Below, piece after piece: positions 1 to 7,691 of a stretch of DNA of 25,738 bases; the stretch's first letter is position 1, and every line of letters starts with the position of its first letter. The DNA is from a virus. Taxonomy: Duplodnaviria > Heunggongvirae > Uroviricota > Caudoviricetes. The notes beneath the pieces were generated by a model, which saw only the letters and a list, made by a program, of their open reading frames with translations, searched no databases and was not told the origin of the DNA. The position numbers and the translations under genes were made by a program. The stretch lies in the IMG/VR virus record IMGVR_UViG_2795385890_000001. One strand, written 5' to 3'.

Positions 1-339
1 ACCACCGACGTCACCCTCGACGACCTGGGCACGGCCCGCATCGAAATCACCACCACCGGCCTCTACCGCATCAACACCACCTACCGATCGGTCACCGCCA
101 AGGGCACGTCCGTGCCCTACTGGGTGGTGTACAAAAACGGCAACCGCATCACCGGCGCCATCCCGTCGGGTTGCCCGTTTGAAATCCCGCTGGTGGCCGG
201 AGATGTCGTGCAGCCAGGATTCATCGCGGTCGACTACGACATCCGGTCCAACGGCTCAACCGGCTCGGAAACCGTTGTCTCACGAAGCATCACAGCGCTA
301 TCCGGCATAGCCACATTCGACGGCCGCCGCATCGCATAA
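1..339 (+). CDS. Minor tail protein, C-terminal part (5' truncated by window edge)
   Basis: Frame 1 is open from base 1 (TTDVTLDDLGTARIEITTTGLYRIN...) to TAA at 337-339; beta-rich; sits in the tail gene block. Confidence 0.7.
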   Translation, partial: TTDVTLDDLGTARIEITTTGLYRINTTYRSVTAKGTSVPYWVVYKNGNRITGAIPSGCPFEIPLVAGDVVQPGFIAVDYDIRSNGSTGSETVVSRSITALSGIATFDGRRIA

Positions 340-361
340 CCACCAGAGAGAGGCATCAGCG

Positions 362-526
362 ATGACCACATTCATCATGCCTGAACTGCCCGGCATCACC
401 TTCACCGCCGTGCGCGGCGGCCTGGACGCCGACGGGAAAACCAACCCACCCAACTGGATACAAATCACCGGCACCAACGACGCAGACGGTCAGATGGTCT
501 CCTGCATAGGATTCGCCGGTCCGTAG
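362..526 (+). CDS. Small hypothetical phage protein (54 aa, MTTFIMPELPGITF...)
   Basis: ATG 362 after an AGAGAGG RBS-like motif; TAG 524-526 abuts the next ATG at 527; not in the ORF track (<60 aa). Confidence 0.65.
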   Translation: MTTFIMPELPGITFTAVRGGLDADGKTNPPNWIQITGTNDADGQMVSCIGFAGP

Positions 527-1660
527 ATGAGTTGGACCACCAACCCGCAACCGGAATCATCAGAGCCGCAACTGGGTTGGTGGAAAGAACCACCACAAAC
601 GCAGCAGCAAGAGCCAGTCACCGGCTGGTTCTGGATACCCGATAGAACAGCCTCCCTCAGCGCCGAGGGCACCATGGCCGTCGACGTTGCACAGGTGTAC
701 ACCGTCGGTGCCGACATGGCGGGAGCGGGCACCCTCACCGCCCAGGTCTCCCAGATATACGGCATTACAGCGGGATACAACGGGGCAGGCGCACTGGCGG
801 CCGACGTCCGACAGCTGTACCAACGTACGGCCGCCTTGGCTGGCACCGGCAGCATGTCAGTAGATGCACGGGTTCGCCTAGACCGTCTGGCGCAACTCGC
901 TGGTGCAGGCACGCTGTCGGCGCAACTACTCCAACAGTTCACCCGAAGCGCCACATTCGGCGGCGGGGGTACCTTGGCCGCACAGGTAGCGCAGGCGTAC
1001 GCCCTGGGCGCGGCCCTCGCCGGTGCAGGCACACTGGCTGTCCAAGTAGCCCAGAAGTACCAACTAGGTGCGGCATTCGCCGCAACCGGCACCCTCCAGT
1101 GCGGGGCGACGTTCCCGGCGATGGACCCGGTACGCACCGACATCACAGCGACCGGGTCCTACACCTACAACATCCCGTACTGGTGCCGGTACATCGACTA
1201 TGCCTACCTGCCCGGTGGGGGCGGCGGTGGCGGCGCCCAATTCTCCTTCACCCCCGCACAGGGCGGCGACGGCGGCCAATGGGTGTACGGAACCTGGGAA
1301 CGCGGCGTCCATTTCCCATGGACGGCCACACAAATCACCGGCTCCATCGGTGTCGGCGGCACAGCGGGCACCGGGGGAGGTAACGGCGGCAACGGCGGCC
1401 CCACAACCGGCATCGTCAACGGCTCCACCCTCGTCACCGCGCCTGGCGCAACGGGACGCGGCGGCGTCGGCACACAGTCCGGCGACCCCGTCGGCGGCGG
1501 AAACGCCAACTCCAACCGCGACGTCTCCCTCAACGGCCAGACCTACACCGGCGGCACAGGCGACGGCGCCGCCCCCGGCTCGGGTGGCAAGGGCGGCGGC
1601 GCATTCAGCAACGGCAACGCGGGCGCCCGCGGCGAAGCCCACTTCTACGCAAGGCAATAG
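527..1660 (+). CDS. Minor tail protein with 20-aa repeats and a glycine-rich C-terminal domain
   Basis: 377 aa; eight ~20-aa repeats (AGAGTLxAQVxQ), then the GGGGGGG/GGDGG glycine-rich domain typical of mycobacteriophage minor tail proteins. Confidence 0.85.
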   Translation: MSWTTNPQPESSEPQLGWWKEPPQTQQQEPVTGWFWIPDRTASLSAEGTMAVDVAQVYTVGADMAGAGTLTAQVSQIYGITAGYNGAGALAADVRQLYQRTAALAGTGSMSVDARVRLDRLAQLAGAGTLSAQLLQQFTRSATFGGGGTLAAQVAQAYALGAALAGAGTLAVQVAQKYQLGAAFAATGTLQCGATFPAMDPVRTDITATGSYTYNIPYWCRYIDYAYLPGGGGGGGAQFSFTPAQGGDGGQWVYGTWERGVHFPWTATQITGSIGVGGTAGTGGGNGGNGGPTTGIVNGSTLVTAPGATGRGGVGTQSGDPVGGGNANSNRDVSLNGQTYTGGTGDGAAPGSGGKGGGAFSNGNAGARGEAHFYARQ

Positions 1661-1668
1661 GAGACCAC

Positions 1669-2019
1669 ATGGCAATTCAAGTACCCCAGACGCGACAATC
1701 CCTCGCCGACGCGTGGAAGGCTCTAGGCAACTGGTTTGGGTGCGCGACCGGCGCCCCCGGCACCTCACAGACACCCTCCAACGAGTCGACCGGCGGCGGC
1801 TACGCCCGCGCCCAAACCGTCTGGACCTCCGGTTCAGGTGGGAACGTAACCGGCTCCGCGGTCAGTATCGCAGTCCCGGCATCCACCATCACCCATGCCA
1901 TCATGGCTTCCGCCGCAGCAGTCGGCGCAGCCAACATGATCGACAACTGCGCCGTCACCCAAGCCATCTTTTCCACCCCGGGCAACGTGGTTCTCACCCC
2001 TTCGCTGGGTATCGCGTGA
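1669..2019 (+). CDS. Minor tail / tail-fibre-associated protein
   Basis: 116 aa; GGAG RBS; 'NESTGGGYARAQTVW' motif typical of small actinophage tail proteins. Confidence 0.75.
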   Translation: MAIQVPQTRQSLADAWKALGNWFGCATGAPGTSQTPSNESTGGGYARAQTVWTSGSGGNVTGSAVSIAVPASTITHAIMASAAAVGAANMIDNCAVTQAIFSTPGNVVLTPSLGIA

Positions 2020-2366
2020 CCGCCCCGGCCAAGGCCGACGGGATACTCCAAGTCATTGTGTGGCCCGTCTACATCGGGCTGGCGGGTGAAGACGGCCGCG
2101 AACCCCTACACCCGGAGTATCGCCGCGGCCAGATCGATTGGCAGCCAACCCCTAACGGCACTATCGAGGGCTCGGCAGTCGTCCACGCCCCCGCAGGCCG
2201 GTACCCGTTCTTCACGTACTGGATGGAGCCGATAGGCGGCGCCCCGGTGGGAATGTCCCAACCCGAGCACCCTCTGGTATTCGACATCCGAACAGTAGTC
2301 GACATTCGGCCCATCAAAAACGGCGACCTATTCGTCACCAACGAAATACGGCGCGCTGGACTGTGA
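2016..2366 (+). CDS. Hypothetical phage protein (116 aa, VTAPAKADGILQVIVWP...)
   Basis: GTGA overlap with the previous stop; real C-terminal part of the 1068..2366 ORF. Confidence 0.7.
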   Translation: MTAPAKADGILQVIVWPVYIGLAGEDGREPLHPEYRRGQIDWQPTPNGTIEGSAVVHAPAGRYPFFTYWMEPIGGAPVGMSQPEHPLVFDIRTVVDIRPIKNGDLFVTNEIRRAGL

Positions 2367-2560
2367 TACGGGAAGTGCTCGCCCTCTGCGACGAGTACGG
2401 AACGGACCTCCCCGCCTTCAACGAAGGCCACCCCGAGGACCGGTGTCCGATCTGCGGACGCCCCGTCGTCGACCACACCATCCACGGCGGCATCACAGCC
2501 AAGTGGCCCCACCGCCGGGCCGTCCTATTCAGCGCCCTCGTTCTCTGGCGCCTCCCTTAA
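2363..2560 (+). CDS. Hypothetical phage protein with a CxxC motif
   Basis: GTGA overlap; 65 aa; CPIC motif. Confidence 0.55.
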   Translation: MIREVLALCDEYGTDLPAFNEGHPEDRCPICGRPVVDHTIHGGITAKWPHRRAVLFSALVLWRLP

Positions 2561-2576
2561 AACATTGGAGCACAAC

Positions 2577-2711
2577 ATGTTAAGCCTGTGCACCCATTCT
2601 CCCACCTTCGTCATATTGGCCGGGATAGCCACCGGCGCTCTCGTCGGCATCGGACTCGGCGTCGCCCTGTTCGTATACGAGGCCAAGCACGACATGGAAG
2701 CGAGCTACTGA
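2577..2711 (+). CDS. Small membrane protein (44 aa)
   Basis: GGAG RBS, ATG 2577, one hydrophobic helix (VILAGIATGALVGIGLGVALFVY), TGA 2709-2711 just before lysA. Confidence 0.6.
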   Translation: MLSLCTHSPTFVILAGIATGALVGIGLGVALFVYEAKHDMEASY

Positions 2712-2712
2712 C

Positions 2713-4005
2713 ATGTCCTTCACCTGGCTCGCAGACCACCCACTGCGCACCCGAGAACAAGTAGCACGTGAAATACATGCCGTCGCAATGGAACGCGGCT
2801 TAGACGAGCTAGCCACCGTCATCGCCTGCATGACCGTAGCCGTCGAAGTCGGAGCTGACGACGACGACGGAAACCGCCAATGGTGGTGCCCCGCAAACCA
2901 ATCAGACTCAGAAACGCTCAACTTCCCGCACGACTCAGAATCCGATGACGCGGACTCATCCGGCTACTTTCAACAGCGTCCCCCATGGTGGGGCACACCC
3001 GCACAACGCATGACACTGGCCCAATCCGCCGACCTGTTCCTGAGTCGACTATCCGGCGACTACCACACGGCAGCCGGAAACCCGGCACTGGCAGGGCAAT
3101 TCGCCCAGCGCGTCCAGGGATCGGCATACCCCGACCGCTACGCGCAGCACTGGGACGAGGCGTGGGACGTCGTGCGCCGCGCCCTCGCAACCACACCACC
3201 CGAAGGAGGCAACGTGGGCTACACAGGAGACCCCGTCTGGCTGGAAGACGTACTACGCGCAGCACTCGGCGACCGACTGGTCGTAGAGGCAGGCTGGAAA
3301 GACCGCGGCACCGGCGGCCAGATGGGCGACATCTGGGGCGTGATGATCCACCACACCGGCAACGACCGGGAGACCGTCGCAGGCATCCGCGACGGACGCT
3401 CCGACCTCGCCGGGCCACTGTCGCAGTGCCTCATCACCCCAGACGGCAAGTGCCATCTCATCGCGGTCGGCCCCTGCAACCACGCCGGGATCGGCAAGTA
3501 TCCAGGCATCGCCGCCAACACCGGCAACCAGCGGCTCATCGGCCTCGAATGCGCGTGGCCGACCATCCAGCCGGACGGCAGCTTCGACAAAGGACAGCGG
3601 TGGCCGGACGCACAGATCATCACCATGCGCGACGCCACAGCCGCCGTCCTCACCAAGCTCGGCTACGGCGCCGACCGCGTCATCGGCCACAAGGAGTATG
3701 CGACCGCGGCACCCAACGTGAAGTGGGACCCGGGCAACATCGACATGGGCTGGTTCCGCGGCGAGGTCGCCAAGGACATTGCCGGATACCAGTTCCCAGG
3801 CGAGGCACCCGTGGTCCAGCCACCCGACCCGTCACCAACCGCGATACCCGCGGACTTCGACAAGCAGACCTTCCAGCAGATCAACGGACGCTGGGAGATG
3901 CTGGGATGGCAGACGCTCATCGAGGCAGTCGCTGAGATTCGCGACCACCTCACCGGGTCGACAGACGCAGGTAAGACCGGATTCAAGCTCGGGGCAAAGC
4001 CGTGA
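2713..4005 (+). CDS. lysA: Lysin A (endolysin): N-terminal catalytic domain plus Amidase_2 domain
   Basis: Amidase_2 zinc motifs HHT, NHAG and IGHKE...KWDPG; first gene of the lysis cassette. Confidence 0.92.
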   Translation: MSFTWLADHPLRTREQVAREIHAVAMERGLDELATVIACMTVAVEVGADDDDGNRQWWCPANQSDSETLNFPHDSESDDADSSGYFQQRPPWWGTPAQRMTLAQSADLFLSRLSGDYHTAAGNPALAGQFAQRVQGSAYPDRYAQHWDEAWDVVRRALATTPPEGGNVGYTGDPVWLEDVLRAALGDRLVVEAGWKDRGTGGQMGDIWGVMIHHTGNDRETVAGIRDGRSDLAGPLSQCLITPDGKCHLIAVGPCNHAGIGKYPGIAANTGNQRLIGLECAWPTIQPDGSFDKGQRWPDAQIITMRDATAAVLTKLGYGADRVIGHKEYATAAPNVKWDPGNIDMGWFRGEVAKDIAGYQFPGEAPVVQPPDPSPTAIPADFDKQTFQQINGRWEMLGWQTLIEAVAEIRDHLTGSTDAGKTGFKLGAKP

Positions 4006-5168
4006 ACGGCCCCGACGGCAAATGGATCGGGTACGGCCCCGGCGACGTCAGCCCAGAGGTAACCAACATCGAGCGACGGCTCCTGCGCGCCTACCCGAAG
4101 AACAGCCACGCAGCGGAGCACGGCGTGGTGCTCGACGACCGCTACACGGACGTCACCGCGGCGGCCGTGCGGGACATCACCCGCTTCATGAACAACGACC
4201 CTGTCGAAGTGGAGCGGTTGCGCCGCCTGGGTATCACCACGCCCCTCCGCGACGACGGCGTCGCCAACCTGGCGGTACGAAAGGCCATCGGCGCCTACGT
4301 CGCGCCGGTCTACCAGTCCAAGTACCCGATTCAGGGAGTCTGGGCAGACTCGCGGGCCTTCCTCAACCCACCCGACGCGCACAGCTTCAACAAGGCAACG
4401 GACCAGTTCCGTGACGAGTTCATGCGCCTCTACCGGCCCATGGCGGGCACCAACATCTGGCTCCTCGGCTACTCCATGGGCGGCGTCTCCGTGCAGAAGT
4501 GCCTCACTGCGCTGCCGCCCGAGTGGCGCCAGTTCGTGCTCGGCGTCACAACCTTCGGTGACCCATCCATGCCCGCCGAGGGAAGCCTGCTCGGAAACGA
4601 CCCGGGCGAGGGCATCTCGAAACTGCCGCAACCACAATGGGTACGGGACCGCTACTGGTCGTACTCCATCGACGGCGACTGGTACCCGCGCGCCCGCGGC
4701 CTGCTGTTCCTGCTGTACCAGGTCCTCACCCGCGCCGAGCTGACCCTGGACTTCGCCATATACCTGTTCACAAAGTTCCCGCAACAGGCATTCCAGGAAC
4801 TACTCGGCCTCGCGCCAAGTGATGACCCCCTGCACGGCGCGCTGTCCGGCCTAGCCGGACTCATGACGACCGGCCCGGCAGGGACCATCGGCCAGCTGCT
4901 CAACCCCGTGCAGCTGCTGTCCCTGCTACCGGACCTGGTGTACCTACTGTTCGACGCCATCAAGTTCATCGCCACCAACGCACACGGAAAGTACGGGGAC
5001 CCGGCATATGCGCTGTGGGACGGCATGACTGCCGTCGACCACGCCGCCGCCAACATCCGCCGCGTGGCCCCGAAAGGCTGCACCCTCGTCCTGCTCCCGG
5101 GCACATGGTCCAACTGGGACCAGCTATTCCAATTCGACGTCGCTGCCCAGCTCCAAACTCCCGCCTAA
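4002..5168 (+). CDS. lysB: Lysin B (mycolylarabinogalactan esterase, cutinase-like)
   Basis: GYSMG nucleophile elbow, FGDP and DWY motifs, N-terminal PG-binding-like region; GTGA overlap with lysA. Confidence 0.92.
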   Translation: MNGPDGKWIGYGPGDVSPEVTNIERRLLRAYPKNSHAAEHGVVLDDRYTDVTAAAVRDITRFMNNDPVEVERLRRLGITTPLRDDGVANLAVRKAIGAYVAPVYQSKYPIQGVWADSRAFLNPPDAHSFNKATDQFRDEFMRLYRPMAGTNIWLLGYSMGGVSVQKCLTALPPEWRQFVLGVTTFGDPSMPAEGSLLGNDPGEGISKLPQPQWVRDRYWSYSIDGDWYPRARGLLFLLYQVLTRAELTLDFAIYLFTKFPQQAFQELLGLAPSDDPLHGALSGLAGLMTTGPAGTIGQLLNPVQLLSLLPDLVYLLFDAIKFIATNAHGKYGDPAYALWDGMTAVDHAAANIRRVAPKGCTLVLLPGTWSNWDQLFQFDVAAQLQTPA

Positions 5169-5221
5169 TCGGCGGGCCTGTCCAGCAACTGTGTAAATGC
5201 AACTGTTGAAAGGGATTTGAC

Positions 5222-5599
5222 ATGAAGGACACCTCACTGTTGGGCATCAAGACGTGGAGTGATCTCCGCGCCTTCATACACACCGCAATACCCGGGCTGG
5301 CCGTCTTCCTGGTCACCATGGGGATTCTGACGGCCACCAAAGCGAATCTGGTTGCGGCACTGCTGCTTGCGGTGTTCGACTCGACCCTGTCGCACATCAA
5401 CACCGCCGATGGCTTCCGGCGCTGGGTGTACCCCGTCCTCGGTACCGGTGCCACCCTCCTCATCGGGTGGGGCATCTTCACTCAGGACCAGATCGCGCCA
5501 TGGCTTGCGCTCATCCCAATTCTGTTGGGGGGCGGGCTCGCAGCGGCCAACACCAACACCACGCCTAGCATCGTTCCGACGAGCGGCCCGGCTGAGTGA
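5222..5599 (+). CDS. Holin
   Basis: 125 aa with several TM helices and an internal duplication; 'LAAANT' C-terminal motif of mycobacteriophage holins; follows lysB. Confidence 0.85.
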   Translation: MKDTSLLGIKTWSDLRAFIHTAIPGLAVFLVTMGILTATKANLVAALLLAVFDSTLSHINTADGFRRWVYPVLGTGATLLIGWGIFTQDQIAPWLALIPILLGGGLAAANTNTTPSIVPTSGPAE

Positions 5600-6006
5600 G
5601 CGGGGGAGTGGGCGCTGATTCCTGGATGGACCTGGCCGCCCTGACCATCGCGGCCGTCGGCGGCTGGGGCACCGCGTACATCACCTCGCACTTCTCCAGC
5701 CGCAAGCACGTGACCGCCGTCAACAAAAGCGTCGACGCGGTCGAGGCGAAGTTGGCAGGAGTGGAGGAGCAGGTAGTGAACTCACACGAGACCAACCTGC
5801 GCGACGACGTGGACCGCGCAGTCCGCGGCGTCGAGTATCTGGTCGACAGATTCGCCGATGCCATGCGCGACCTGCGCGGTATCCGCGAGGAGATGTCCGA
5901 CCTGCGCAAGGAAGTTGGCGGCCTGCACGGCGACGTTCGCGAGCAGAACCGCAGGCACGCCGCCCTGTACGACCGGGTGACTGATCTGGAGGACCGCCGC
6001 CCCTAG
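5596..6006 (+). CDS. Membrane-anchored coiled-coil protein of the lysis cassette (DUF2746-like)
   Basis: N-terminal TM helix, 'VVNSHETNLRDDVD' motif, coiled-coil C-terminus; GTGA overlap with holin. Confidence 0.75.
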   Translation: MSGGVGADSWMDLAALTIAAVGGWGTAYITSHFSSRKHVTAVNKSVDAVEAKLAGVEEQVVNSHETNLRDDVDRAVRGVEYLVDRFADAMRDLRGIREEMSDLRKEVGGLHGDVREQNRRHAALYDRVTDLEDRRP

Positions 6007-6026
6007 GCCCACGCGATAGCTGGAGG

Positions 6027-6055
6027 ACGCCCCGGCCTTCGGGCCGGGGCGTTTT
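6027..6055 (+). terminator. Intrinsic terminator after the lysis cassette
   Basis: ACGCCCCGGCC-TTCG-GGCCGGGGCGT perfect 11-bp stem followed by a T run. Confidence 0.85.
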
Positions 6056-6083
6056 CCCGTACCAGCCGGTTGCCTCCGCATAT

Positions 6084-6099
6084 GTATAGCGCGGTATAC
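6084..6099. promoter_or_regulatory. Palindromic operator copy 1 (GTATAGCGCGGTATAC), overlapping a TATACT -10 of a probably leaderless gene
   Basis: One mismatch to the 16-bp palindrome at 10885-10900; TATACT at 6095-6100 lies 6 nt before ATG 6107. Confidence 0.7.
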
Positions 6100-6106
6100 T
6101 GCGCGC

Positions 6107-6328
6107 ATGGATACCCCGTCGGATGAGCAGGAGGCGGCCCGGGCTTCTGTCCGTCGGCTAGCCCGCCGCCGCCGACGTCAGGCTGTGTTGCGCAAGCAGA
6201 CCGACACCGAGTTCTACGAGGCCGTCAAACAGGCCAAGGCGTTGGGTGTCGGCGCCACCGTGCTGGCACGTGATGCCGAGGTAAAGCGCGACAGTATCTA
6301 CAAAATCGTGGACGGCTCTATCTCCTGA
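6107..6328 (+). CDS. Small HTH DNA-binding protein (candidate repressor)
   Basis: 73 aa; C-terminal HTH-like 'GVGATVLARDAEVKRDSIYKIV'. Confidence 0.8.
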   Translation: MDTPSDEQEAARASVRRLARRRRRQAVLRKQTDTEFYEAVKQAKALGVGATVLARDAEVKRDSIYKIVDGSIS

Positions 6329-6335
6329 GCGAGCG

Positions 6336-6992
6336 TTAGCCCGCGACGTACCAGTCGTCTCCGATTGCCGTACGCAGGAACGCCATGTGCACGTGAATCT
6401 GGAACAAGTGCGTGCTCTCCACAATGGCAGCACCGCCAATTCGTAGACCCGGCGCGAACCCGTATACCTCGTCGAACTGCAACGGCCCCAGGTGCTCATA
6501 CACGCGATCGAACATGGGTTCCTCATCGCGGCCGCGGAAGTCGAACTGGTCTTTCCTTGCAGCCGTGAAGAAAGCCTGCATTGCGCGTTCAAGGCTATGT
6601 GGTGACGAGTCTTTCGGGGGTGCCCAGAAAAACGCCGATCCTCGGGCGGGCTCAACGGTTATCGACATTCCGTACCCCGGGGTCCAGAAGAACGTCTTTC
6701 CGAAGGCGCTACGTAGGAACGGGATATACAGCGCGTTTTCGTCTAGGCGAGGGTGTCGGAGGGTGTCGAGGAGGACCTCGTCGGCGGTGACCTTCCACTC
6801 GATCGGATCAACAAGCCAGGCGATTCCGTTGCCAACGCCGGAGAACCCGTACTCCTGCCAATACGAGATAAGGCAATCGGGAACCAGCCCGGTGTAGTCG
6901 CGCACGTGTTCATCGGTGCACGCAGGCCCGCTGGTTGAGAGAGGGAACTTCGTTAGGAAGTACTCAAAGTATTCGTCGGCCACGCGCGGCAC
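6336..6992 (-). CDS. GAD-like/DUF1851 (Tdi-type) immunity protein, paralog 2
   Basis: 'Y.GLVPDCLISYWQEYG...W.VDP' GAD-like N-terminus and 'LGPLQFDEVYGFAPGL..GG' DUF1851 C-terminus; ~70% identical to the neighbour by manual alignment. Confidence 0.88.
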   Translation of the reverse strand: MPRVADEYFEYFLTKFPLSTSGPACTDEHVRDYTGLVPDCLISYWQEYGFSGVGNGIAWLVDPIEWKVTADEVLLDTLRHPRLDENALYIPFLRSAFGKTFFWTPGYGMSITVEPARGSAFFWAPPKDSSPHSLERAMQAFFTAARKDQFDFRGRDEEPMFDRVYEHLGPLQFDEVYGFAPGLRIGGAAIVESTHLFQIHVHMAFLRTAIGDDWYVAG

Positions 6993-7034
6993 CTTCTACT
7001 AGCGCAAAAGGTGCGGTGCACCCTGCTGGTTGTG

Positions 7035-7691
7035 TCAGCCCGTGACCACGTACCAGTCGTCCCCTATGGCCGTGCGCAGGAACGCCATGTGGACGTGGAC
7101 CTGGAATAAGTGGGTGGCCTCCACGATTGCAGCACCACCCATGAGCAGTCCTGGCGCGAACCCGTACACCTCATCAAACCGTAGCGCTCCGAGATGTTCG
7201 TAAACTCGATCAAACATGGGTTCTTCGTTGCGATCACGGAATTCGAAGCGATCCTTGTCGGACATGGTGATGAATGCTTCTAGCGAACGCTGGAGGCCAC
7301 TCGTGGATTGCTTTCGTGCGGGGGGCTTAACAAACAACACTCCGCGCGCTGGGTCTGTGACCAGCGATATGCCGTAGCCCGGTGTCCAGAACCACACCTT
7401 CCCGAAAGCGCTTCGGATGAACGGAATGTATTGTGCGTCCTCGCTTAGTTGCGGGTGCCGCACTCTGTCGAGGAGGATTTCCTCGGTGGTTGACTTCCAT
7501 TCGATGGGATCGACTAACCAGGCAGTTCCGTTGCCGAACCCGGAGAATCCGAACTCTTGCCAGTACGAGATAAGGCAGTCAGGGACAAGGCCGGTGTAGG
7601 CCCGTACGTGCTCCTCCGTGCATGCAGGGCCAGGGATGGAGAGGGGTAGCTCTTCGAGGAAGCACGCGAAGTACTCGTCCGGCACCTTCAC
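7035..7691 (-). CDS. GAD-like/DUF1851 (Tdi-type) immunity protein, cognate paralog 1
   Basis: Same motifs; start overlaps the toxin stop codon (GTGA). Confidence 0.9.
   Translation of the reverse strand: MKVPDEYFACFLEELPLSIPGPACTEEHVRAYTGLVPDCLISYWQEFGFSGFGNGTAWLVDPIEWKSTTEEILLDRVRHPQLSEDAQYIPFIRSAFGKVWFWTPGYGISLVTDPARGVLFVKPPARKQSTSGLQRSLEAFITMSDKDRFEFRDRNEEPMFDRVYEHLGALRFDEVYGFAPGLLMGGAAIVEATHLFQVHVHMAFLRTAIGDDWYVVTG

Noticed and set aside
1068-2366. 432-aa ORF and similar long Pro/Arg/Ala-rich ORFs (2985..3935, 3663..4784, 8160..8807, 16867..17751, 18268..18696 part, 21732..22505)
   Set aside because: Shadow frames of real high-GC genes with low-complexity composition; only 2016..2366 and 18697..19059 are retained as genes.
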